Assembly: GCA_951406725.2 (NCBI GenBank)
Contig: OX597825.1
Span: forward strand, 31,000,001-31,064,000
DNA: 64,000 nt
DNA from: Octopus vulgaris
Lineage: Eukaryota
Direction: 5' to 3'
Shown here: positions 1 through 12,433 of the stretch, piece by piece
How the letters are laid out: each line of letters begins with the position of its first letter
Position numbering within the stretch: the stretch's first letter is position 1
The notes under the pieces: model-generated
What the model saw: only the letters and a program-made list of their open reading frames with translations
The model's database searches: none
What the model was told of the DNA's origin: nothing
Translations under genes and position numbers: made by a program

Positions 1-133
1 AAAGAGTCCGATAGAATAAATACTGGGCTTACAAAGAATAAGTCCCAGGGTCGATTTGCTCGACTAAAGGTGGTGCTCCAGCATGGCCGCAGTCAAATGA
101 CTGAAACAAGTAAAAGAGTAAAAGAGTAAGAGT
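1..133 (+). mobile_element. SINE family A, 3' half
   Basis: Matches 3' half of full copies (GATAGAATAA..CTTACAAAGAATAAGTCC..CCAGCATGGCCGCAGTCAAATGACTGAAACAAG) with (TAAAAGAG)n tail. Confidence 0.9.
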
Positions 134-777
134 AACCCTTAGCTGTTTCATTTGCTTATCCCAATCCTCAGTGTTGTATCTCGGGTTTATCCCCAGGCCA
201 AAGCTATACTTGTGTAAAAACCTGTGTAGGATATTACACAGTATATGTGTGTATGTGTGTGTGTGTGTATGTGTGTGTGTTGTTGCATCTGCATGCTGAA
301 TGCAGTACGGGAAGGAGCAAGTTGGAGGGTGGTGTGATGGAAGGTATTTCAAGCAGAGTAGCAGAGTGGCAGAGTGGAAGTGAAAAAAAGTTATGAACAA
401 GATGGCAGCACATAGATGGGAAGTTGAAATTTAAGTCCCTGGTAGATGAGAACTGATATCAGCAAGGTGTTGTTTCTGCCAGGTGCTCGTGTGACACACC
501 CCACCCCATACTCCTCCCACTCCATCCCCCACCAGACACACATCATACATGCCTTGTTGCATGCAAACTTGTGCACACATACGTGCATACATACATAGAT
601 ACGTGGATGCAACGTGCACATGGACTGCCAACTAAAAAAAGGTAAATGTTTCTTGAGATGTGCTTGTGATAGCTGACACTTTTGGCAAGAGAATTGAAAG
701 ACAATCAGTGCACCTTACACAGACATATCAGAAATATAGGCATGAACACAATCATATTTCTATATATAGGTATATAT

Positions 778-778
778 A

Positions 779-863
<85 letters not shown>
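778..863. repeat. (TA)n microsatellite
   Basis: Direct reading. Confidence 0.97.
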
Positions 864-871
<8 letters not shown>

Positions 872-1419
872 AGTGCATGTGTTTATTATACATACCTGTA
901 TCTACACATATTCTCTAAATATAAACATCATATATGTGTGTGTGTTTATCTTGCTCTCCCTCTTTCTCTCTCTCTCTTTCTCTCGATATATATATATATA
1001 TAATATATATATATATGTATATATCTATCTATCTATCTATCAATATATATATATCAATATATATATATATATATATTATATGCACACATATATGTGGCCA
1101 TCACTCAATATGAACTAATAGATTCTAGGTACACATGAACTAGTGAGCAGGCACAAAGTTTCACTTGGTGCTGCCAACTTACTGCAACATTTAGGATTTC
1201 AAACCAGGAGAGTGTGCAGCACCAGCACTTGTCTACAATTTCATTTACTGACCCCTACCGACCCCAGAAGGATAAAAAGCAACTTGAACTTGGTGGGGGG
1301 TGGGATTAGAACTTGGAATACAGAGAGCCTGAACATATAGAACAATGGTTTCTATCAGATGCTCTAAATGACTTTGTCAATTCTCTACAGGTGTAAGTAC
1401 ACACACACACATACATATA

Positions 1420-1603
1420 TCATCATCGTCATCATCATTGCCATCATCATCATCATTTAGCATCCGCTTTCCATGCTGGCATGGGTTAGATGGTTTGAAT
1501 GAAACTGGTAAGCAGGAGAGCTGCACTCGATTTCAATCTGACTTGACATGGTTTCTACAGCTGGATGCCCTTCCTAATGCCAACCACTCCAAAAGTGTAA
1601 TGG
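1420..1603 (-). mobile_element. RTE LINE 3' UTR fragment with (GAT)n tail
   Basis: Same TTCCATGCTGGCATGGG..CAGCTGGATGCCCTTCCTAA sequence that is joined to RTE C-terminal codons at 29820-30330. Confidence 0.8.
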
Positions 1604-1760
1604 GTAGGCTTAAGACTATAGTAGGAGAGAATAGTCTAAGGTGCTTTGTAGTGGGACTGAACTAGGAACCTTGTGATTGGGAAGCAAGTTTCTTACCATA
1701 CAGCCATGCTTATGCCTAGTAGTGGTAGTAGTGCCTATATGTGCATATATATATATATAT

Positions 1761-1924
1761 ATGACAGGCATCTTTCAGTTTCTGTCAACCAAATCCACTC
1801 ACAAGGCTTTGGTTGGCCCAAGGCTATAGTAATGTACACATGCCCAAGGGTCCACGCGGTGGGACTGAACCTGGAACCATGTGGTTGGGAAGCAACCTTC
1901 TTACAACACAGCCATGCCTGTGCC
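1761..1924 (-). mobile_element. SINE family A, 5' part
   Basis: Reverse complement of family A head (A box TGGCTGTGTTG, B box GGTTCAGTCCC, CCTTGGGCA); a more decayed head lies at about 1607-1709. Confidence 0.85.
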
Positions 1925-1939
1925 TATGTATTCATACGT

Positions 1940-1981
<42 letters not shown>

Positions 1982-2431
1982 TACTGCTTGTCTATCATTT
2001 AGCTACTAATGTAAGATTCCATCTATCAATCCATCTGTGTCAGTCTATCATTTGTCAATCTTTTATCTAAATGTCAATATATCCATCTTTCTATCTATCT
2101 AACAATCTCTCTTCATCTGTCTGTCTGTCCCTTCTCCTGTCAATCCATCAAACTATTCATCCCTTCATTTGTCTGTTAGAGTTGCTTATATCTTCATCTT
2201 TTCTTCAGCACTGTGGAAAAATGTCTAATCTCTGTGGAAAAGACTGAAAGACATTTATATAAATAAACACATATATATATATACACACACACACATACAT
2301 CCATACATACACACACATAAACACATATACATATAAATATACATATATAAATATGAGTATATATACATATACATGTGTGTGTGTGTGTATGGATAGGTAT
2401 GTGTATAAATGTGTATAAATATATGTATATA

Positions 2432-2462
<31 letters not shown>

Positions 2463-2917
2463 GTGTGTGATGCCCTAGATAGTTGTAGTTCTTTAGCCAC
2501 TGACAGAATTAGAGCACAGTGCAAAAAATATATTCATTGTAGCATTTAGTTCTAACTCATTATGTTGAGAATTTCAAATCCTGCAGAGGCCAACTTTGCA
2601 TCTCACGTTTCAGGCATTGGTAAAATAAGAACCAATCAATTCTAAGATTGGTTCAAACCAATATTAAAAAAAATGTCAAAAAGTTATCATAATAAGGGTA
2701 GCAGAGTAGAAGTAGGAAAGATAGGAAAAAAATGTCGAAACACAATATTGTTAACATACCAGTAATTCATTAATTAAAGTAGCTGTCAGGTGAGTATTTA
2801 TTTACCTTTTTATTGATTATTCGTTTCAGTCATCAGACGGTGGCTACACTGGCACACCACATTGAAGAATTTTGGTTGAACAAATTGACTCAGGTACTAA
2901 TTCTGCCATTCACATTA

Positions 2918-3298
2918 ATCATCATCATCGTCATCGTTTAACGTCTGTTTTCCATGCTGGATTGGGTTGAATGGTTTAACTGGAAACTGGTAAGCTGGAA
3001 AGCTGCACCAGGTTCCAGTCTGATTTGACAAGGTTTCTATAGCTGGATATCCTTCCTAACGTCAACCACTCCATGAGTGTAGAGGGTACTTTTGAAGTGC
3101 CACTGGCACGGATGCCAGTTATGCAACACCGGCATCAGCCATGACTCTGATCTCACTTGGTTTGATAGGTCTTATCAAGCATGGGATATTGCCAAAGGTT
3201 TCGGTCACTTGTCACTGCCTCCATGTAGCCCAAAGTTCGAGTGGTGCTTGTTATGTGCCACTGGCATGGGTGCCAGTTACATGACACTGGCATCGGCC
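2918..3298 (-). mobile_element. RTE LINE 3' end
   Basis: (CAT)n, shared 3' UTR and decayed C-terminal coding segment. Confidence 0.8.
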
Positions 3299-3473
3299 AA
3301 ATTATCAGCTGAAATTGTGAAGATAATATGGTAACCGAGTGAGGAAAGAAAACTTTGAATGACCCATCCTTGTTTTCTTTGTATTGTCTATCTGGATGTT
3401 TTGTTGTCCCATTTTTGTATCACCTAACTGTCCGGATGTTTTGCGTTCTTGTCCCATTTTGTATTTTATATAT

Positions 3474-3873
3474 GAGTGACTGTGTGGTAAGTAGCTTGCT
3501 AACCAACCACATGGTTCCAGGTTCAGTCCCACTGCGTGGTACCTTGGACAAGTGTCTTCTGCTATAGCCTCAGGCCGACCAATGCCTTGTGAGTGGATTT
3601 GGTAGACGGAAACTGAAAGAAGCCTGTCGTATATATGTATATATATATGTATTTGTGTGTATGTTTGTGTGTGTGTGTTTGTCCCCCTAGCATTGCTTGA
3701 CAACCGATGCTGGTGTGTTTACGTCCCCGTCACTTAGCGGTTCGGCAAAAGAGACCGACAGAATAAGTACTGGGCTTACAAAGAATAAGTCCCGGGGTCG
3801 ATTTGCTCGACTAAAGGCGGTGCTCCAGCATGGCCGCAGTCAAATGACTGAAACAAGTAAAAGAGTAAAAGAG
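3474..3873 (+). mobile_element. SINE family A (tRNA-derived, CORE-like), near full length
   Basis: A box TGACTGTGTGG, B box GGTTCAGTCCC, CORE-like CCTTGGACAAGTGTCTT, internal (TA)/(TG) tract, TAAAAGAG tail; over 15 copies in window. Confidence 0.92.
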
Positions 3874-3884
3874 TATATATATAA

Positions 3885-4240
3885 GGGTTGAATTTACAAA
3901 AAAACAAAAGATGAAGACAGATGGTATAGACAACAAATAGATGTATTAGTTTAATGCTTTGGAAGTGAAAAAGTCTTTAACGTTTCGAGCCTATGCTCTT
4001 CCACAGAAAGGAACACAGAGTGAAACGGGGAGAGAAAATAAAGAATATGTAGTGGCTAGCGATAAAGATGAAGACAGGTGAGGGAACAACAAGCAGGTCT
4101 ATTAGTTTGATGCTCAGGGAGAATGGAAAAGTCATTGATATTTCAAGCCTAAGCCCTTTGATAGAAAAGATTGAGAGGGAAAATGGAGAGAGAACAAAGA
4201 ACAAAGAACGGAGAGAGAAAAAATTTGTAGGGATTAATGA
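3885..4240 (-). mobile_element. Two tandem Penelope-type terminal repeat (pLTR) remnants
   Basis: Homologous to 21288-21470, which is contiguous with a GIY-YIG C-terminus, and to 57137-57330; contains HHR-like fold. Confidence 0.75.
3975..4010 (-). ncRNA. Minimal type-I hammerhead-like motif, A6U variant
   Basis: Minus strand: CTTT CTGTGGA A GAGC atag GCTC GAAA CG TT AAAG; stems I and II pair perfectly, stem III is palindromic ACGT. Confidence 0.65.
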
Positions 4241-4839
4241 TTGAGATTCTGTACAGTTTCCATGTATGAAATTCACTCACAAGTCATTGGTTGGTCCAGG
4301 CCTGAGGTAGAAGACACATGCCCAAGGAAGTGTGCAGTGGGACTAAATCCAATACTGTATGGTTGTGATGTGAACATGCTTTGTCCCTATACTGGAGACA
4401 TAAGCAGAGTCACCACGAACAGTTAAAGAATGTACACTGTCACTGATGAAATCCCATCACAGGATTAAAGCTGGCCCATTTAATCTCTCTTTTGTCGTCG
4501 ATGAAGATATTTTATATAAGCTCAAAGAGTCTATATCTGTCTATACTTACACGGTTGACGTAAAACCTATAGAAATATTCTGTACTAAAGTAATTTCTTT
4601 TCAGAATTTAGTTATGTATTTTCATTGGCTTTTATACTTTTACTGTCACTGGATTGCGACCATGCTGAGGCAAGACTCTCTGAATGTCTCGTTTTTGAGA
4701 TGATTTATATTAACTTCACTAGTTTTATCAGTCTGGTATTTATTTTGTCAATCACCATTTCATGAAGTATAAAGTTACCTTTTAGACATAAAGGAACACA
4801 ACTCACTGTAACATTACTTCACATACACACATGTATGAT

Positions 4840-4893
<54 letters not shown>

Positions 4894-4922
4894 TATACAT
4901 ATATATACATATATATATATAC

Positions 4923-4970
<48 letters not shown>

Positions 4971-5795
4971 ATGTATATATATATATCCCTGTACAATAAA
5001 TGAATATCGTGCCAAGATAAACACCAATCTCCATTTTCCCAGATTCAATTTCTACCTTTCATTCACTACTTTGCAGTTTTAACATGTTAAAGTTATCTTT
5101 TTGTCTCTTCTTTAATCTAATGTTCTGTTCTTCAATGAAATATGGTCTGTTCTTATTAATATTCCTTACCACCATGAGGGCATGGTGGTAGTGGTGGTGG
5201 TGGTGGAGGGAGGCACTCACTGTTCTCTTAATATCAATATTTCTTCTCCCTCATCAAATTTGGAATATTTCATCTGTCTCATGGAAGTTTGCAGCTCATT
5301 TTTCTTGTTCCCTTTCTCAGCATAGCTCACAAATTTAAAGAAAAGTTCTACCACCATCATCACCACCACCACCACCATCACCACCACCACCACCACCACT
5401 ACTTCTTTTGGCCTTTCCTCTATCTCAACATCCAGCCTCCTTCTGTACATCACAGGTTATCCTGTGTTTCCTATCACTTTAGATAATCTGATTCTATCAG
5501 AAATCCCTCTATAATAATACCAAAATAAGCACCAATCTCTGTTTTCCTGGTTTTCATTTCTACCATTCATTCACTACCTTGCATTCTCATGTGTAAAAGC
5601 TGCCAAATTCTTGCATACAAAACTGATTAGGAAAATTAGCTGGAATGGTAATATAATGCTGTACAATGTAAATAATTAATATACTTATTCTATCAACAAC
5701 TACAGGAGTGCTTGCTTTCTGTTTTTGTTTTGACTCTTGGATTCTTAAACAACTATATATATATATATGTATACATATATATATGTATGTATATA

Positions 5796-6195
5796 GGCAT
5801 AGGAGTGTCTGTGTGGTAAGTAGCTTGCTTACCAACTACATGGTTCCGAGTTCAGTCACACTGCATGGCAACTTGGGAAACTGCCTTCTACTATAGCCTC
5901 GGGCTGACCAAAGCCTTGTGAGTGGATCTGGTAGACGGAAACTGAAAGAAGCCCGTCGTATATATATATATATATATGTATGTGTGTATATGTTTGTGTG
6001 TCTGTCTTTGTCCCGCCAACATCGCTAAACAACCAATGCTTATGTGTTTACGTCCCCGTCACTTAGCGGTTCGGCAAAAGAGACCGATAGAATAAGTACT
6101 AGGCTTACAAAGAATAAGTCCTGGTGTCGATTTGCTTGACTAAAGGCAGTGCTCCAGCATGGCCACAGTCAAATGACTGAAACAAGTAAAAGAGA
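5796..6195 (+). mobile_element. SINE family A, full length
   Basis: Colinear with 3474-3873. Confidence 0.93.
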
Positions 6196-6357
6196 ATATA
6201 TATATACACATATGTGTGTGTGTTTGATGCAAACACAAAAAATACAATTCAAAACATGACTCTATACATGTTTTATATATTTTTTATTAATAATTGGCAG
6301 AAGTTACAGAGTGACTCAAGAGCCAAGAGTTTCATGTGTTGCCCATATAAGCTGATT

Positions 6358-6397
<40 letters not shown>

Positions 6398-6400
<3 letters not shown>

Positions 6401-6587
6401 GGAGTAAACACATAAATGTGAAACAAGGTGGAAAAAAGAGTACTCAAATACCAGAGGTAGAGTAATATGCTTTATTTAAAAGCAGCAGAAATTTAATGAA
6501 AGCTGTTACTTGGAGTTTCACGTTCCCATTCGAACGTGAAACTTCGAGTAGCAGCTTTTGTTAAATTTCAGCTGCTTTTAAATAAAG

Positions 6588-6590
<3 letters not shown>
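6398..6590. mobile_element. Fold-back element end (59-bp arms 6467-6525 / 6532-6590) within (TA)n, probable PLE terminus
   Basis: 52/59 Watson-Crick pairs, 6-nt loop; right arm reads GAAA CTTCGAG TA, the 3' half of an HHR. Confidence 0.7.
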
Positions 6591-6628
<38 letters not shown>

Positions 6629-7199
6629 ATATATATATGTATATATATATATGAGCCCAATTTAGGTCAATGAGGTGCACCTAAAATGACAAGAGTCAAA
6701 AAACTTGAAACATCAATGTCTGAGATTCCTGACAGATGGGGACACTGATTGAACTAGCTGTTTTCACACCTTTTACCATAAGGGAGATAACTGCAGTGTA
6801 TTTGCCTTTAGCAGTTGAAATATGTGACAAATATATTTCAACTAACCTAAATTGTGCTTATACCTAAACACTGCTTTGCACCAATGCTTCATTATATATA
6901 TACATAGTTTTTATGCTGTGTACGTAAAAACTCACTTTGTGAATGCATATAATAATATATTTTCAGTAAAACTATTGTATAAAAATATTTGTTATGTAAA
7001 AAAAAATTTTGTAGTTTTGCTTTCATAAATATATAAATATTTTTTTAAAAATGTTTACCTCCTGCATTAAAAAAGTAAACTTGTTTTATTCAAACAAAAA
7101 TGTATACATGTATAAAAATTTAACGCAACCTTGCTTATTACTTTTCCTATATATATGCATGTGTGCATGTATATATATATATATATATACACTTGTGTG

Positions 7200-7452
7200 T
7201 CATCATCATCATCATTTAATGTTCGCTTTCCATGCTAGCATGGGTTGGATGATTTGACTGAGGTCTGGCGAAACAGACTCCAATCTGATCTGGCAGAGTT
7301 TCTACAGCTGGATGCCCTTCCTAACGCCAACCACTCCGAGAGTGTAGCGGGTGCTTTTACATGCCACCGGTAAGAGGGCCAATTTGGTGGTACTGGTAAT
7401 GGGCATGCCCAAATGGTACTTTTTATGTGCCACCTGCACAGGAGCCGGTGCA
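7200..7452 (-). mobile_element. RTE LINE 3' UTR fragment
   Basis: (CAT)n plus shared 3' UTR. Confidence 0.85.
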
Positions 7453-7479
7453 GCAGCACATATATTTAAATATATATTT

Positions 7480-7512
<33 letters not shown>

Positions 7513-7514
<2 letters not shown>

Positions 7515-7680
7515 CACAGGAGTGGCTGTGTGGTAAGTAGCTTGCTAACCAACCACATGTTTCCGGGTTCAGTCCCACTGCATGGCATGGGCAGGTGTCT
7601 TCTGCTATAGCCTCGGGCTGACCAATGCCTTGTGAGTGGATTTGGTAGATGGAAACTGAAAGAAGCCTGTTGTATATATG

Positions 7681-7742
<62 letters not shown>

Positions 7743-7938
7743 TGTGTCTGTGTTTGTACCCCTTAGCATTGCTTGACAACCGATGCTGGTGTGTTTACGT
7801 CCCCGTCACTTAGCGGTTTGGCAAAAGAGACCGACAGAATAAGTACTGGGCTTACTAAGAATAAGTCCCAGGGTTCGATTTGCTCGACTAAAGGCGGTGC
7901 TCCAGCATGGCTGCAGGCAAATGACTGAAACAAGTAAA
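7513..7938 (+). mobile_element. SINE family A, full length
   Basis: GGCACAGGAGTGGCTGTGTGG head through GACTGAAACAAGTAAAA. Confidence 0.93.
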
Positions 7939-8119
7939 AAAAAAAAAAAATTTGGCAGACATCTGCTAAGCTTTCATCTACTAAATATCAGTCAGAAAAC
8001 ATTAGACAACCTAACACTGTTGTCAAAGACACTTGTCCTAAATACCATGCATTGGGATTGCGCACTTTCTTATCCACACAGCCATACCAACACACATAAA
8101 GGTGCATAACTTAGATGTT

Positions 8120-8300
8120 CTGGATTCTGGTACCAGGTGGAGCCTTGCGTTCTTGAGCAAAACACTTCATTTCCTGTTGCTCCAGTCCACTGAGCTGGCA
8201 AAACTGAGTCATCCTACGATGGACTGGTGACCATATGCCATGAAACCGAAGCAACCAGCCCTTATGAGTGTGGCATCACTCAAGAAGGTAACTTTCTTTT
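8120..8300 (+). mobile_element. CORE-type SINE fragment (related to family D)
   Basis: TTCTTGAGCAAAACACTTCATTTC..GCTCCAGTCCACTGAGCTG resembles 18766-19104; followed by CGATGGACTGG. Confidence 0.6.
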
Positions 8301-8321
8301 CACTATTACCACCACCACCAA

Positions 8322-8483
8322 CCAGGACTTATTCTTTGTAAGCCTAGTACTTATTCTATTGGTAACTTTTGCCGAACTGCTAAGTTACGGGGACGTAAAC
8401 ACACCAGCATCAGTTGTCAAGCGATGTTCGGGGGACAAATACAGACAAGCAAACACACACACACACACACACTCACACACGCC

Positions 8484-8546
<63 letters not shown>

Positions 8547-8714
8547 CGACACGATAGGCTTCTTTCAATTTCCATCTACCAAATCCACTAACAAGGCTTT
8601 GGTCAGCCTGAGGCTATAGTACAAGACACTTGCTCAAGGTGCCACTCAGTGAGACTGAACCCGGAACTATGTGGTTCGTAAGCAAGCTACTTACCACGCA
8701 GCCACTCCTACACC
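8322..8714 (-). mobile_element. SINE family A
   Basis: Reverse complement of family A lacking the extreme 3' end. Confidence 0.9.
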
Positions 8715-9325
8715 CATTGTACAAGATATAAAAAAAAACTCCATGAATTAAGCAATTTTGTCATAGTACTGTCCACTAACTTCCTTTACTCTACAACACA
8801 GCAAAAGAATCATTATTGTTGATGGTGATGATGACACTGTATTTTCCAGCATGCGAATCAATGTAATAAATAGTATCAACATCCAATGGAAGCAGTCAAA
8901 CTTTGTCACTTTCTTCCTATATCCTACTGCATTTCACATGGAATCTTTCATCCTTCAAAGTCATTTTGATGTATAAGTTGACTAACCTACTTGTTTTGGC
9001 TGTGGATTAGGATCTGAAAAAGTCAACTTGTTTTTTGGAAAATATGGTAATCGTCAATGATGATGATGACACAGGTGTTGTGAAGGCGGTGATGATTAAG
9101 CCAAGCTAAAGCAGTAAACCATCAATATTTAGGCCTCCACAATCTCAGTCTAAACTTCCTTCTATCTGACTGGAGTTATCAGGTATAGACAAAGGTTCAT
9201 TTAATTGACCATGAAAATGGGCCTTGGTCAGAGATTTTAACTCTGAGCTTTTAAACTATTCAATGAAATGGGTCACCAGGTTCATTGAATCAGCATGTAA
9301 GTGGCTGAGAATTCCATAGAGATGT

Positions 9326-9366
<41 letters not shown>

Positions 9367-9575
9367 TCAATATCTGTTTTCCATGCTGGCATGGGTTGAA
9401 CAGTTTGACAGGAGCTGGCAAGGCCAGGAGCTGTACCAGGTTCTTTTGTCTGTTTTGGCATGTTTTTTTTTAATACAGCTGGATGCCCTTCCTAACACCA
9501 ACCATTTTACAGAATGTACTGGGTGCTTTTTATGTAGCACCAGCACCAGTGCATTTCGCATGACACTGGCACTGG
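9326..9575 (-). mobile_element. RTE LINE 3' UTR fragment
   Basis: (CAT)n plus shared 3' UTR. Confidence 0.8.
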
Positions 9576-10060
9576 TGGAACCAAGGTGACTCAGTGTGAT
9601 ACATTCAAACCTTTGAATTCTAAGTATGATCCATCTGATGGTCTTCTATATAGTTTCCATTTCCCCAGTTTCACTCAGAAGGTATGGGTCAACTGAAGAC
9701 TTATAATACAAGAGACTTGCCCAAGATGCCATACAGTGGAATTGAACCTAAGACTCATGGTTGCTAAATGAACTTCCTAGCCATTCAACCACAGAGTACC
9801 CACTAATTGACTATATTGTACCCCTATCAATCTACATGCTAGAAATAGCAGCAAATCTTCCTGAAATAATATTTCACTGTCTTAAATAAAGACACATTGC
9901 ACAAAAAGACTCAATTTCTTTGATCAGAACTCTGCTGGAATGCCTTTGATCACGAGTCGGCTCGATCAGCGCTGACCTGGTGCTAAACGGCAACAATAAT
10001 TTGTAGCTTTGCATTGATGTGAGAAATCACCACCATCATCATCATCATCACCATCATTAT

Positions 10061-10128
<68 letters not shown>

Positions 10129-10368
10129 AGTGGTGCAGTAACAACATATAATATTTATGGCTACTTTAACATAACCAATAGAAATTTGAGGAGATTAGTG
10201 CTGGTCTGTATCAATAGGAATGAACTTCTTATTCTTTTTCATGAATCTTCCATCCGTATACTAATAAAATGTTAACGTGTTTCAATAATTTTTCCTCTCC
10301 ATTTAGATTATTTATGTTAACCAAAATGGCTCTCACCTCTCACTTGCAACATAATCTTCTTCATATTC

Positions 10369-10750
10369 AAAAACAACAAAGCTACCGGCGAAGATAACAT
10401 TCCTACTGAGATCCTCAAGCATAGTGCAAGTATACTGGGTTGGCTGGGTCATGCCCTCCGTCGTCAACCAGGAGAATTCATCTACGAAGCAATTGCCCCA
10501 GCTCCCCTTCACGGTTGGCGAAAGCGATGTGGTGGACAACAAAAAACCTGGCTGGTGACAGTCAAGGCTGATCTGGAACCCAACCTAGGCCCCCATGTCT
10601 TTGGCGTTCGCCGCTGGAATAAGGAGTGGTTGGAGATCACGCGGTTGCTAGCCTCAAATCGCCAGGCCTGGTTTGTGAGAGATGCAGCATTGAGGATGAA
10701 TGAAGCCAGCTCAACTCACCCCGGGTGAATGCTGTCTCACGAAGAAGAAG
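10369..10750 (+). pseudogene. Internally deleted RTE-clade LINE
   Basis: One open frame to stop at 10726-10728: KNNKATGEDNIPTEILK (pre-RT motif) joined to WLGHALRR..GWRKRCGGQQKTW..KADL..ASNRQAW (RTE C-terminus); (GAA)n tail; ATATTC on both flanks. Confidence 0.8.
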
Positions 10751-11179
10751 ATATTCTACCAGAAAAATACTGACTTTGGGGGAAAGGATTTTTTTCTTTT
10801 GAATCAGGCTTTACTAACCAGGAATTTAAGTACCAGTGGATATGAAGGCCCAGTCTATAAATATGTGGTTTTATTAATAATAATGGTTTCTGATTTAGAC
10901 CAGGGTCAGTCATTATTAGGAGAGGGCAGCTTAGGCAATTACACTAACATCAGTGAGTAACTAGTAGTTTATTGTAGCAAAGGATGAAAGGATGAAAGAT
11001 AAAGTTGACCCTAATGCGAATAGTAATTCCTTGTGTTGGTAAAAGGCAATAAATTTAGGAGAGAGGTCAGTCTGTTACATCAAACCCTGTACTTAACTGG
11101 TACTTTATTTCTTTGATTCCAGAGGGAGGAGACTAGAGTGAATCTTGGATAAACAAAGCTGACTGTGCAAGTAATAATC

Positions 11180-11335
11180 TTTTCCATTAAAAGCACAAGG
11201 CTTGAAATTTGGAGGGTCAGTTGATTACATGGGTCCCGGGTATTCAACAGGTACTTATTTACTGACCCCGAAAGGATGAAAGGCAAAGCTGACCTTCACA
11301 AAATTTGCACTCAGGACATAAAGATTGATAAAGTG
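11180..11335 (-). mobile_element. SINE family B fragment
   Basis: GACCCCGAAAGGATGAAAGGCAAAG is the reverse complement of the CTTTGCCTTTCATCCTTTCGGGGTC central domain. Confidence 0.75.
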
Positions 11336-11340
11336 CTGTT

Positions 11341-11554
11341 CTCTTTACTCTTTTACTTGTTTCATTTATTTGACTGTGGCCATGCTGGAGCACCGCCTTT
11401 AGTCAAGCAAATTGATGCCCAGGACTTATTTCTTGTAAGCCTAGTACTTAATCTATCGGTCTCTTTTGCCGAACGGCTAAGTTACGGGGGACGTAAACAC
11501 ACCAGCACTGGTTGTCAAGCAATGTTGGGGGGACAAACACAGACACACAAACAT

Positions 11555-11597
<43 letters not shown>

Positions 11598-11754
11598 CAT
11601 ATATACGACGGGCTTCGTTCAGTTTCCGTCTACCAAATCCACTCACAAGGATTTGGTCGGCCCGAGGCTATAGTAGAAGACACCTGCCCAAGGTGCCACA
11701 CAGTGGGACTGAACCCAGAACCATGTGGTTGGTAAGCAAGCTACTTACCACACA
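11341..11754 (-). mobile_element. SINE family A, near full length
   Basis: Reverse complement of family A. Confidence 0.93.
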
Positions 11755-11921
11755 GTATGCATTTTGTCTGACATGTGAATGATTCTGCCAGCTTGTTGTA
11801 TTGGATTGTGCAAGTAATAACATCTAGCAAGACATGTAAAAATTTCATGCTTATAACTTCTTAAATTTGATATTGTGTATGTACATAAATTTGTAGATCT
11901 TCATAATACAGTTTTACTATT

Positions 11922-12417
11922 CTTCTACTCTGTTACTTGTTTCAGTCAAGTTATTAGACTGTGGCCATGCTGGAGCACCACCTTAAAGGGTTTTAGTCAA
12001 ATAAATCAACCCCAGAATTTATTCTTTGTAAGCCTAGTACTTATTTCTTTATTGCCCACAAGGGAGCTAAACATAGAGGGGACAGACAAAGGGATTAAGT
12101 TAATTACATCGACTCCAGTGTGTAACTGGTACTTAATTTATTGACCCTGAAAGGATGAAAGGCAAAGTCGACCTCAGTGGAATTTGAACTCAGAATGTAA
12201 TGGCAGACGAAATACTGCTAAGCATTTCACTTGGCGTGCTAACACTTCTGCCAGCTCACTGCCTTGTACTTAGTACTTATTCTAGCAGTCGCTTTTGCTG
12301 AACCACTAAGTTATTGGGATGTAAGTACACCGACATCAGTTGTCAAGTGATGGTGGGGGAGATGAACACAGACACAAATACACACATAAATACATACACA
12401 CACACACACACACACAT
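11922..12417 (-). mobile_element. SINE family A 3' half interrupted by a family B copy
   Basis: Family A sequence stops at 12045 and resumes at 12271. Confidence 0.85.
12046..12270 (-). mobile_element. SINE family B (tRNA-like head, GCCTTTCATCCTT central domain of Meta/Nin type), full length
   Basis: B box GAGTTCAAATTCC on minus strand; 11-bp TSD TAGTACTTATT at 12035-12045 and 12271-12281. Confidence 0.88.
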
Positions 12418-12433
12418 ATAGGTAAGGTTTTTT

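Noticed and set aside
130-495. Possible PLE remnant on the minus strand (QKQHL../LIYQGLKF and GAAACAGCT)
   Set aside because: Similarity too fragmentary and no pairable HHR core.
2787-2795. Perfect splice donor CAG|GTGAGT
   Set aside because: No convincing upstream acceptor or open exon; one 9-mer is plausible by chance in 64 kb.
4440-4485. CTGATGA followed by AATCC/GGATT stem
   Set aside because: Followed by AAAG rather than GAAA, with no stem I or III; at best a heavily decayed HHR.
5011-5586. Diverged direct repeat of about 68 bp (5011-5078 / 5519-5586)
   Set aside because: Probably fragments of an old repeat; nothing further is supportable.
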